In this document: positions 1 to 7,760 of the stretch, one piece after another
Position numbering within the stretch: position 1 is the first letter of the stretch
How the letters are laid out: each line of letters starts with the position of its first letter
Virus record (IMG/VR): IMGVR_UViG_3300048574_000139
Span: 1 to 44,505 of that record
Origin: a virus
Taxonomy: Duplodnaviria; Caudoviricetes
DNA length: 44,505 nucleotides
Reading direction: 5' to 3' (one strand)
The notes under the pieces: generated by a model
What the model saw: only the letters and a program-made list of their open reading frames with translations
Databases searched by the model: none
What the model was told of the DNA's origin: nothing
Program-made: the position numbers and the translations under genes

Positions 1-101
1 TTACGGCCGTAACGATTTTTGACCCTGCCCGTAACGATAATTTCGCCCTTTTTTGCCATCGTTACGCCCGTAACGATGGCCCCGTAACGATGCGTAACGA
101 T
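1..101. repeat. Cluster of 9-bp CGTAACGAT repeats (iteron-like; candidate replication origin)
   Basis: Direct copies at 8-16, 30-38, 69-77, 83-91 and 93-101, an inverted copy at 58-66 and a partial inverted copy at 1-5, directly downstream of the helicase stop. Confidence 0.75.
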
Positions 102-103
102 GG

Positions 104-1267
104 CTAGAGCAGCCTGTATTCCAGCGTCTTACTTACGCTGCGCTGGATAATTTCGCCTTCCTCCACCATCTCGCGTATCAGCCCGCGCACTTTGTTAATC
201 CCTGGCGCTTTGCCCCCCGGCTTGGCGGCCATTGAATCGCGTACGAAATCAACAAGCGCCTTTTGTCCCGTCCAGTCGCGCCCGCGCAGTTCAAGTTTGA
301 TCTGCGCCTTGATCGCCATGTTGACGGCTTCCTCGCCCGTCGCCACCGACCGCGCCCAGAAGCGGCCCGTTTTCATGCGGTCGTCATCGGGGAAGTGCTC
401 GAACGTCCAGAGCGCGCCGAAAAAGTCAAAACGGTGAAAATCGCGGGTCTTGGTCGGAATGGCGAGAATGGCATCCTCGCGGCCATGTCGCTCAATCAGC
501 AGCGCCATGTCGAGCGACGCCTCAATGGTCGAATGGCCGCGCAGCGTGTCGCCCTTGCGCTGGTTGGGATCGGTAATGCCCGCCGCCCCCTTGCGCTGAT
601 GATGAATGACGATCACGGCGCACTCGGCGTCCTCGGACAGCCAGCGCAGCAGGCCCATGACCTGCGCCATTTCGCTGCTGTTTTCCTCGATGCCGCCGTT
701 GACGAGGCCGAGATTGTCCACGATCAGCAGCTTGTAGCCGCCCGCCTTGAGGTACTTGGCGACCTCCTCGACCATTGCATTGTCGCTGGCGTTCAGCCAC
801 GGCTTCGCCATTGAGATGTAATGCAGCGACGCGTCGCCGGCCAGTTCATGCCCGCGCCCCAAAGCCGCCATGCGTCGGTTGGTGCGCTTCTTGCCGTTGT
901 CGAAATCCAGCCAGAGCACCGGCGCTTGTTTGACGGCGAATGAGACGCCGCCCAGCGCATCTCCCGGCAGCGCCTCCAACCATGTCTTGCCGGCGGCCAC
1001 GCACACGGCAAGATCGGCCAGCAGCATGGACTTGAGACTGCCCGGCCCGCCGTAGACGATAGACAGCGAAGGGATGGGCAGCAACCCGTCAATCAAAAAT
1101 TCAATGGGCGAATCATCGGCGTAGGCGTCAGCCAAGGTCAGCGGAATCCACTGGCCGGTGAGCTTGCTACGCTCCTCCTCCGCCGCCTGCGTCGCCGCCG
1201 TGACGACATTCCCCGCTATCAGTTCGTCCAAATCGGCGTCGCCAAACGCCATAAAATCATCCGCCAT
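104..1267 (-). CDS. RecA-like AAA_25/RepA-family replicative helicase, possible C-terminal winged helix
   Basis: Walker A GGPGSLKS, Walker B LLIVDN, VIHHQRKG and LRGHS motifs typical of SF4 RepA-like helicases. Confidence 0.85.
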   Translation of the reverse strand: MADDFMAFGDADLDELIAGNVVTAATQAAEEERSKLTGQWIPLTLADAYADDSPIEFLIDGLLPIPSLSIVYGGPGSLKSMLLADLAVCVAAGKTWLEALPGDALGGVSFAVKQAPVLWLDFDNGKKRTNRRMAALGRGHELAGDASLHYISMAKPWLNASDNAMVEEVAKYLKAGGYKLLIVDNLGLVNGGIEENSSEMAQVMGLLRWLSEDAECAVIVIHHQRKGAAGITDPNQRKGDTLRGHSTIEASLDMALLIERHGREDAILAIPTKTRDFHRFDFFGALWTFEHFPDDDRMKTGRFWARSVATGEEAVNMAIKAQIKLELRGRDWTGQKALVDFVRDSMAAKPGGKAPGINKVRGLIREMVEEGEIIQRSVSKTLEYRLL

Positions 1268-1517
1268 CGCCGCCGCCCCTTTCGCCCAGTGGGTTGGCGC
1301 GCAAGGCGTGCGCGAGCCGCAGACCCTCCTCGATAGCCCGCCGCACGCGCGCCAGGTCGGATTGCGCCGCGGCTGCGTCGTCGGGGTCGAATTTGCCGCG
1401 CCGTTCCTGGCTGCGCAGGAACAGCCACAACTCGCGCAATGAATCCTGCCCGTTCAGCAGAATGGCGGTGCTGTCCTCGGCGGCGGCGATCACGTGGTTG
1501 GGCGTTCTAGCGACCAT
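1257..1517 (-). CDS. Hypothetical helical protein
   Basis: ORF overlaps both neighbours in the leftward operon. Start moved to ATG 1517 (MVARTPNH). Confidence 0.6.
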   Translation of the reverse strand: MVARTPNHVIAAAEDSTAILLNGQDSLRELWLFLRSQERRGKFDPDDAAAAQSDLARVRRAIEEGLRLAHALRANPLGERGGGDGG

Positions 1518-1821
1518 GCAGCAGTCTGTCCCGTTCGTCGCCGGCGCGGGCGGCGCGCTCATTGAGCCAATCGATTCCCCACACGGCAAGTGTGGTCGCG
1601 CCGGCAGCGGCAGCCGCCGTCCAGAACATGGCGACGACCTGCCGGTGCTTGCGCGGCTGCGCCGCCAACGTGCCAGGAACCAGGATCGCCAGCGTGCCGA
1701 GGGTGTAGGCCGCCAGCCGCGGGAGTTTGCGGCCTAACCACTGCTGCCACGGCGCATAGTGCTCTGCGGCAATGACGGCAGCGGGCAAAAATGTCGCCAA
1801 TACAGGCGCGAGAGGGTTCAT
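1507..1821 (-). CDS. Small multi-pass membrane protein
   Basis: Three hydrophobic segments. AAGGA SD before ATG 1821 (MNPLAP). Confidence 0.65.
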   Translation of the reverse strand: MNPLAPVLATFLPAAVIAAEHYAPWQQWLGRKLPRLAAYTLGTLAILVPGTLAAQPRKHRQVVAMFWTAAAAAGATTLAVWGIDWLNERAARAGDERDRLLHGR

Positions 1822-1962
1822 TTCGTAAGTTTCCTTATATTGGGTGAACCGCTGACGAAAAAAGCGTGCTACACTGGAGATGTGACAGCCGCCGGCCAGC
1901 CTCACCGGCTACCGCGGCCCACACCCGCCCCGCGCCGCAGGCTCGCCCCCTGCGGCGCACCT

Positions 1963-2187
1963 CTATTCCGTTACAGCTACAGATTGCAGATACGGTGCGA
2001 CCGTCCCGCGCAGCAGGTCGCGCGCGGCGTCGGTCAGGGCGTCGCGGATGGGGCGCGCTGAGAACTCAATCACGCCGTCTGCACCCACGCGTACGTCAAC
2101 AGCGCCGCGTTCCTGGAGCCAGGCGGCGTCGGCGGGCGATATTGCGCCGGCGTCCAGCAGGGCGGCTGGGGTCGTGGCGCTAGGCAT
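1963..2187 (-). CDS. Hypothetical protein
   Basis: GGAGG SD before ATG 2187 (MPSATT). Overlaps the upstream stop. Confidence 0.6.
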   Translation of the reverse strand: MPSATTPAALLDAGAISPADAAWLQERGAVDVRVGADGVIEFSARPIRDALTDAARDLLRGTVAPYLQSVAVTE

Positions 2188-2401
2188 TGGCGGCCTCCGG
2201 TTGGGTGTCCATTTCATCTGCTACGGCGGGGCGATCTCCGTCAACAATGTCTAGCGCAAAATTGATTGCCGTCTCCATCGAGGTGCGCGCCCCCCACTCA
2301 GCCGCCAAGCGTCCGGCGTAGGCCATGACGCGGCGGTGGGTGTCTGGGCTTACGGGAATCATTTTGCGGTCATCCTTCACAATCACGGCGTCTCCGTTCA
2401 T
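2180..2401 (-). CDS. Ribbon-helix-helix (Arc/CopG-like) regulator in the Cro position
   Basis: Strand RKMIPVS, helix PDTHRRVMAYA, helix SMETAINFALD. GGAGG SD. First gene of the divergent operon. Confidence 0.65.
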   Translation of the reverse strand: MNGDAVIVKDDRKMIPVSPDTHRRVMAYAGRLAAEWGARTSMETAINFALDIVDGDRPAVADEMDTQPEAANA

Positions 2402-2422
2402 CGTGCCTCCTGTGTAATCTTG

Positions 2423-2440
2423 AGCTAATGAAAATTAGCT
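2423..2440. promoter_or_regulatory. Palindromic operator AGCTAAT-N4-ATTAGCT
   Basis: Perfect 7-bp inverted repeat just downstream of the leftward promoter. Related GCTA-N8-TAGC at 6333-6348. Confidence 0.65.
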
Positions 2441-2449
2441 ATTGGTAAT

Positions 2450-2478
2450 ACAATACCACTTGGTGTATACATTGTCAA
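2450..2478 (-). promoter_or_regulatory. Sigma70 promoter for the leftward (RHH-helicase) operon
   Basis: TTGACA-17bp-TATTGT with extended TG. TGTATACA palindrome in the spacer (2464-2471). Confidence 0.75.
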
Positions 2479-2552
2479 CCATTTTATTATCCCAAGATCA
2501 CACTTGTAACCTTGCGCTGTCCCCCGCTCAACTTCCCGCTAAAATTGGGATC

Positions 2553-2975
2553 ATGGCACTGGACTTGTTTGGCAGCACTGGAAAGAGGATCAAGGCGTTA
2601 CGGACGAGCCGTGACATCAATCAGAAGGAACTCGTAGCCGCGCTCAAGAAACAGGGCGTGGATGTGGGGCCGTCATTCATTAGCCAGGTGGAATCCAACC
2701 GCAAGCAGCCGCCGCTTGAGTTGCTGGTTGGTTTGGCGAAAGTGCTGGGCACGACAACCGACTACCTGCTGATGGTCACGAACGACCCGACGCCAAACGC
2801 TGCTACTGACTCCCAACTAATCATTGACGTGCAGGATCGTTCTGACCGCGCCTTGCTGGAGGAGTGGGTCGAAGTGATGCAGGATATTAGTCCTGAGCGC
2901 CGCGAGAGCATCCTGCGCTCGGTGCGCCTGTTGCTTTCGCCGCCCGACCAAAAGCCGCCGAGAATCATTGAGTGA
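2553..2975 (+). CDS. XRE-family HTH repressor 1 (CI-like)
   Basis: GKRIKALR...QKELV...SFISQVESNRKQPPLELLVGLAKVLGTTTDYLL. Start at ATG 2553, with TAAAAT at 2540-2545 suggesting a leaderless mRNA. Confidence 0.9.
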   Translation: MALDLFGSTGKRIKALRTSRDINQKELVAALKKQGVDVGPSFISQVESNRKQPPLELLVGLAKVLGTTTDYLLMVTNDPTPNAATDSQLIIDVQDRSDRALLEEWVEVMQDISPERRESILRSVRLLLSPPDQKPPRIIE

Positions 2976-3451
2976 ACGTCGCAATTCGCAACCCGTTGGC
3001 CGCAATTGGCGAGCGCATCGCCGAGCGGCGCACGGCTAGAGGACTGGCAGGGGCCGAACTCATCCGGCGCATGAACCTAACTCGCTTCAGGCCCCGCATC
3101 AAAGCGCACAGCCACATCAGCAATATCGAGAGCGGCGGCGGCATGAAGCTGCCTTCCGTGCCGGCGCTGGCGGCAATGGCGGAGGTGCTCGGCACAAGCA
3201 CGGACTATCTGGTGGGCCTCAGCGACAACCCAGCGCCGTCGCAAGAGAGCGCCCACCGTGTGGCCGTCAACGCCGCAAGCGAAGAAGAGCGCGCCCTGTT
3301 GCAGGAGCTGTTTGAGTTGATCAGCGGGCGCAGCCGAGAAGATCAGCAATTTCTGGCCGCCGTGGTGCGCCGCCTGATCGCCGCGCCAGCGCCCAAACCG
3401 CCTATTGTTGTTGGAGACGACCGGACAGCACCGGATAAAAGAAGAAGGTGA
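2972..3451 (+). CDS. XRE-family HTH repressor 2, paralog of repressor 1
   Basis: GERIAERR...SHISNIESG...PSVPALAAMAEVLGTSTDYLVG. GTGA overlap with the upstream gene. Confidence 0.88.
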   Translation: MNVAIRNPLAAIGERIAERRTARGLAGAELIRRMNLTRFRPRIKAHSHISNIESGGGMKLPSVPALAAMAEVLGTSTDYLVGLSDNPAPSQESAHRVAVNAASEEERALLQELFELISGRSREDQQFLAAVVRRLIAAPAPKPPIVVGDDRTAPDKRRR

Positions 3452-3570
3452 AGTGTGTTTTGGCAGCGATCTTCTCCCTTCATCGCTAACCTGCATCGCC
3501 TCATTTACCGCTTGAAACGCAAAGAACGAATCTGGATGTGGGAACAACCCGACGGGACATGGGAAATCCT

Positions 3571-5037
3571 ATGACCCCCAAACGCTTTGTCTCCTGGGCG
3601 GCGGTGTCCAGCCTGCCGCAGGCCAAGAAAATCAGCCTAGAGGATCAACTGGCCGCCAACCGTGAGCACGTGCAACGGCACGGCGGCATGGTGGTCGAGG
3701 AGCTGGTCGTCCCTGGCGAGTCGCGCGATATCGTGCTGTTTGAGGATGCAGCGCGCAGGATGACCGCCTATGCGCGCCTGCACGAGTTGATACAGGCCAA
3801 GGCGTTTGACGTGCTCATCTACCTCGACCGCTCGCGGCTAGGCCGGCAGGCGGTGTTGAGCATGGCGGTCGTGGCGCTTTGTCGCAAGAGCGGGATCGCC
3901 GTGTACGAGGTGGAGTCGCCGCCCGCGTCGCTGGAGGAAGCCGCGCACCAGACGCACAGCGACATGCTGATCGGGGCAATTAAAAGCGTAGACGCCGAGA
4001 ATGAGATCAGCAAGCTCAAGGAGCGCCACCGCAAGGGCATGATTGGGCGCATTCGTAGCGGGCGCATGGCAAACAAGGTCGTTTATGGCTATTTGGCGCA
4101 GTACGATACTGCCGGCGAGAAGCAAATCGTAATCGACGAACCCGCGGCCGCCGTCGTGCGGCGTGTTTTTGCCATGTATCTGAATGGGAAGGGAGCGCGC
4201 CTGATTGCCGCCCGCCTCAACGCTGAGGGGATTCCCGCGCCGTTGGGCGGCAAGTGGCTCCAGGTCAGCGTGCGCAACGTGATCGACGGGGCGCGCCGCT
4301 ACGCCGGTTACACTGAGATCAACAAGCGCAGCCGGTCGGGGCGGCCCTATGTCCAGGCGCGCGGCAACTGGCAACCCATCATAGATGACGATACGCTGGC
4401 CCGCATCGAAGCCGAGCGGCAGTATCGCAATGAGAATCGGCGGCGCGTGGGAACTCCCTACCGGCTGACCGGCGTCGTATGCTGCAAGGTTTGCGGCAAG
4501 CGCCTGATCGTGCAAAACCACAAGCCGCGCAAGCCCCATTACCGGCCACAGATGCGCCTGCTGTGCCCCGGCCACGCCAACATAGATTACTGGTTTGTGC
4601 TGGCCTGGCTGCGCTCCAAAATGGCGGCGCTGCAAGACGCCGACCTGGGCAGCCTGCTAGCTGTTGCCGCCGACCCGCTAGGCGCCCTGCGCGGGCGGCA
4701 ATCCCGTCTAGAAGGGCAACTGGCCGACCTGGACGCGGCGCTCGCCCGCGCCGACGCAGCCTACGTGCGCGGGCGCATGACGCTGGAACGCTACGAGGTG
4801 CAAGTAGGACAAATCAACGACGACATAGCGGCGGTGCGCAGGGAACTGGAGCAGACGACCCGCCAGTTTGCGCATGAGGCCGAGCAGGGCAGCCGCCGGC
4901 AACGGCTAGAGGAAGCGGCGGCGCTGGGAACGGCCAAGCTGGACGACACGGACGAGACGGCTTCCAACGCCTGGCTAAGGGCGCATGTCAGGCTCTACGT
5001 AGAGAGGAATAAAATTTATGCGATCGATTGGCTCTAA
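3571..5037 (+). CDS. Large serine recombinase (integrase)
   Basis: Resolvase N-domain (WAAVSS...SLEDQ, DRSRLGR), recombinase domain (YGY, IAARLN, WQPII), zinc ribbon (LTGVVCCKVCG) and coiled coil. Confidence 0.93.
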   Translation: MTPKRFVSWAAVSSLPQAKKISLEDQLAANREHVQRHGGMVVEELVVPGESRDIVLFEDAARRMTAYARLHELIQAKAFDVLIYLDRSRLGRQAVLSMAVVALCRKSGIAVYEVESPPASLEEAAHQTHSDMLIGAIKSVDAENEISKLKERHRKGMIGRIRSGRMANKVVYGYLAQYDTAGEKQIVIDEPAAAVVRRVFAMYLNGKGARLIAARLNAEGIPAPLGGKWLQVSVRNVIDGARRYAGYTEINKRSRSGRPYVQARGNWQPIIDDDTLARIEAERQYRNENRRRVGTPYRLTGVVCCKVCGKRLIVQNHKPRKPHYRPQMRLLCPGHANIDYWFVLAWLRSKMAALQDADLGSLLAVAADPLGALRGRQSRLEGQLADLDAALARADAAYVRGRMTLERYEVQVGQINDDIAAVRRELEQTTRQFAHEAEQGSRRQRLEEAAALGTAKLDDTDETASNAWLRAHVRLYVERNKIYAIDWL

Positions 5038-5085
5038 TGTACGTTCTAAACAGCAAATGAAGGTTTGCTATGCTGAACGTATATT
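5036..5085. other. Putative attP site of the serine integrase (central dinucleotide AA at 5060-5061)
   Basis: Two concentric inverted repeats about the same axis: AGCAAA/TTTGCT (5052-57/5064-69) and AATGTACGTTC/GAACGTATATT (5036-46/5075-85). Directly after the int stop. Confidence 0.7.
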
Positions 5086-5094
5086 CTAAAGTTG

Positions 5095-5126
5095 AGGGGC
5101 GGCCCACCAAGCCGCCCCTTCCTTTT
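5095..5126 (+). terminator. Rho-independent terminator between convergent genes
   Basis: AGGGGCGGC-7nt-GCCGCCCCT followed by TCCTTTT. Confidence 0.7.
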
Positions 5127-5589
5127 ACTTCCTCATCGCGTCCAGCATCCCCGTCCATTCAGTAAGCCCGTCGGCGCACGCCTGCACCAACTGAGCGGCG
5201 GCGTACAACGCCAGCACATTGCCCTCATCAATCGCCAACTGCGCGGCGTCGGCCCCGTCTGCACAATGCTGCGTAGCGGCAGTCAGCGTGGCGTGAAGCT
5301 CCGCAAGGGCAGCTTCCGGCTCCACGGCCATAAGCGAAGCATGGCCGGCGCGAACGGCATCGAAGCTTGCGGTCGCGCGCGACTGCCACTCTTCGCTGGC
5401 GACGGCGGGCGCGGCCATCGTCTCGATCATCACCCCTGCCCCGTCGCCTAGCTGCGCCAGCCCCGGCCCGATGGCCGCGGTGTAGGCGTCAACGTCGGGC
5501 GCATCCTGCACAACCGGCGCAACCGGCGCGCCCCCGCTTCCCACCGCCAGCAGCACAGCGACGGCCACCCGCAAAATTAATTCAAGCAT
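5125..5589 (-). CDS. Secreted or membrane-anchored helical protein (lysogen-expressed moron candidate)
   Basis: N-terminal hydrophobic signal-like segment, Ala-rich helices and two Cys. GAGG SD. Confidence 0.7.
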   Translation of the reverse strand: MLELILRVAVAVLLAVGSGGAPVAPVVQDAPDVDAYTAAIGPGLAQLGDGAGVMIETMAAPAVASEEWQSRATASFDAVRAGHASLMAVEPEAALAELHATLTAATQHCADGADAAQLAIDEGNVLALYAAAQLVQACADGLTEWTGMLDAMRK

Positions 5590-5611
5590 GGCTACCTCAC
5601 TATTTCTCCAA

Positions 5612-5639
5612 TTGCATTGTATACATTGTATGCTATAAT
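5612..5639 (+). promoter_or_regulatory. Sigma70 promoter for the T5orf172 gene
   Basis: TTGCAT-16bp-TATAAT with extended TG. TGTATACA at 5618-5625. Confidence 0.65.
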
Positions 5640-5681
5640 TACCTATAGATAATTTGTATTACCTAAAGCTAATGGAGGTGC

Positions 5682-6233
5682 ATGATGACGGCATTTTTGT
5701 ACACTGGCACGGCGGATGATTTTACGGTCTGGCTGTACCCCACTACCCGCACTATAAATCGCCAGTATAAGAGCGGCAAGCGAGCGCCGTTCACCTCTGA
5801 CCTGTTCTATATCCAGTATCAGGCCGGCAGTGTAATGAAGCGAGTTGGACGGCCCCGCAACTCCGATTACATCAAGGGCTTTCTGCACGAGCTTGGCTTT
5901 CCGGTGACAACGCTGCGCTGGCACGCTGCGATAGCTGAGCCTTACCAGAAAGCGCCCTGGCGGGTAACGCAGGGGAGTCGGGGAATTTATTTCATCTCCG
6001 CAGAGGGAGCCAACCTCGTCAAGATCGGCTACGCCAAAGATGTGGCGACACGTATGGAGATGATCCGTGCCGGTTGTCCCTACCCTATGAAGCTGCTGTT
6101 TGTTCTCCCCGGCCCGATTCAGGACGAACACAAGCTGCACATCCGCTTCAAGGCTCAACACTTCTATGGCGAGTGGTTCATCCTGGAAGGCGAACTCCGC
6201 GACTTCGTGGACGGACTACTCTCCCACCCCTAA
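5682..6233 (+). CDS. T5orf172/MUG113-like GIY-YIG domain protein
   Basis: IYFI...VKIGYA...R...GCP...E..LH.RF......GEWF motif. GGAGG SD. Confidence 0.88.
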   Translation: MMTAFLYTGTADDFTVWLYPTTRTINRQYKSGKRAPFTSDLFYIQYQAGSVMKRVGRPRNSDYIKGFLHELGFPVTTLRWHAAIAEPYQKAPWRVTQGSRGIYFISAEGANLVKIGYAKDVATRMEMIRAGCPYPMKLLFVLPGPIQDEHKLHIRFKAQHFYGEWFILEGELRDFVDGLLSHP

Positions 6234-6276
6234 ACGCCTTTTGCTAACTAATATTACTCATAGCTAAAATTCATTG

Positions 6277-6305
6277 TTGACATTGTATACATGGTGTGAT
6301 ACAAT
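6277..6305 (+). promoter_or_regulatory. Strong sigma70 promoter for the rightward early operon
   Basis: TTGACA-17bp-TACAAT with extended TG. TGTATACA at 6284-6291. Confidence 0.8.
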
Positions 6306-6399
6306 ATCTATGGGTAACGAAAGTTACCCTGCGCTAACAAAAAGTAGCCTCTGCACCGCAGGAACGGTCAGAGGCCAGAGGCAACGAAAGGACAATTTC

Positions 6400-6591
6400 A
6401 TGCCTACACCAACAGTATCACCCGCCCGTCCGGTTGTCAAGCTTGCCGACCCTGGCTTAGTGGCCGGCATCGGCAAAGGCGACCGCCTCTACGTCAAGTA
6501 TCAGGCGACTTTGCAAACGTCGCTTGACCTGGATGACGCAATCAAGATGGCCCAAATGGTGCTGGCCTATGCCGCAGCGTTGCGGCATTGA
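6400..6591 (+). CDS. Small hypothetical protein (possible 3' frameshift extending to ~6656)
   Basis: AAGGA SD, first ORF after the promoter. An alternative frame continues GIDISTAAADRDMAGEQWDGYED. Confidence 0.6.
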   Translation: MPTPTVSPARPVVKLADPGLVAGIGKGDRLYVKYQATLQTSLDLDDAIKMAQMVLAYAAALRH

Positions 6592-6721
6592 CATCAGCAC
6601 CGCCGCCGCCGACCGCGACATGGCCGGTGAGCAGTGGGATGGCTACGAGGACTGACCAACAGGGGGCGGCACTCACCGCCCCCATCTTCCCAAATTTTTG
6701 AGACTGACTAAGGAGCACACC

Positions 6722-7135
6722 ATGAACGACATTCTGAATCCTTTTGCTACGCAGATCGCCGCCGCCGCCGAAATCCGCAACGCCCTTGGCGACGCCTGTC
6801 AGCAGTTGGAGTTGGCGATTGCCAACGAAGCGCAGGCGCGGCGCGTCGCCAAGGAGGTACGCCAGATGTATGACGAGGCCGAAACCGAGTTCGCCGTTGA
6901 AGCGACGGCCGCGGCTACCGGCAGCAACGCCGAAAAACGCAAAGCGGAAGTGGACGCCGCGCTGGTCAAGGCGCGCCGCGACGGTCAGCTTGCCCGCCTG
7001 TGGGCGGCGAGCAATGCCGCGGCTTACAACCACGAGGACACCAAGTCGGCGCTAAGCCAGATGGAAAAGCGTTTCCGCGCCACCGAAGCCGCCGCTGAGT
7101 TGACCGCCGCCATGCTGCGGGCGGCGGTGCGGTAG
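6722..7135 (+). CDS. Coiled-coil early protein (GSNAEKRKA motif), possibly recombination accessory
   Basis: AAGGAG SD, all-helical sequence, located upstream of the SSB-like gene. Confidence 0.7.
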   Translation: MNDILNPFATQIAAAAEIRNALGDACQQLELAIANEAQARRVAKEVRQMYDEAETEFAVEATAAATGSNAEKRKAEVDAALVKARRDGQLARLWAASNAAAYNHEDTKSALSQMEKRFRATEAAAELTAAMLRAAVR

Positions 7136-7141
7136 GCCGGT

Positions 7142-7387
7142 ATGACGCCGCTCAACGTGATTGCGGCGCAGATGGAGCAGGGGCGGGTGTCCTGGGAAAT
7201 GGGGCTTTCACCCGCCCCTGGTTGGACGGATGGGCAGATAGCCGGATGGCTGGGAAAGGAAGGGGAGGATGGAAGGCATGACGGCGGTCAACGAGTATCT
7301 GAATCAACTCCTGCGCTGGTACGCACTGGCGCGCGAGGCCGAAGTGTTGGAGCGGCGGCTGTACCGGTCAATCCCCGCCGCCGCTGA
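7142..7387 (+). CDS. Small hypothetical protein
   Basis: Fills the gap after the upstream gene but overlaps the next ORF by about 110 bp. Confidence 0.4.
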   Translation: MTPLNVIAAQMEQGRVSWEMGLSPAPGWTDGQIAGWLGKEGEDGRHDGGQRVSESTPALVRTGARGRSVGAAAVPVNPRRR

Positions 7388-7760
7388 CCACAATCGGGAG
7401 TGGCGGCTGCGCAGGGCGCGCAGCCATGCCATTGACCGGCTGGAGCGCCGGCAGTGGACAATCTGGCGCATCCGCCACGGGCAGCCGGTCGTGACCACGG
7501 CCCAGGTGTACGGCTGGATGGCTGCGCACCTGGCTGACTACCGCCACGGCCTGGACGGGGTGGACAGCGCCGAGATCGGCGGGGCCGCCTGCGAAGCCCT
7601 TGACCTGTGGGACGAGGGCGGCTCGATTCCGATGTGGGTGCTGCGCCGCGGGGAGGTGTTCAGCTTGCGCGAGAAAGTCGAGCGGCAGCGCAACATGGCG
7701 CTTTTTGTCGAGAAGAAGATTCAGTACGAAGAAGACGGGGATGTGCTATGGATGGCGTAG
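7278..7760 (+). CDS. Hypothetical protein
   Basis: Purine-rich SD region, Trp/Arg-rich ORF within the operon. Confidence 0.6.
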   Translation: MTAVNEYLNQLLRWYALAREAEVLERRLYRSIPAAADHNREWRLRRARSHAIDRLERRQWTIWRIRHGQPVVTTAQVYGWMAAHLADYRHGLDGVDSAEIGGAACEALDLWDEGGSIPMWVLRRGEVFSLREKVERQRNMALFVEKKIQYEEDGDVLWMA

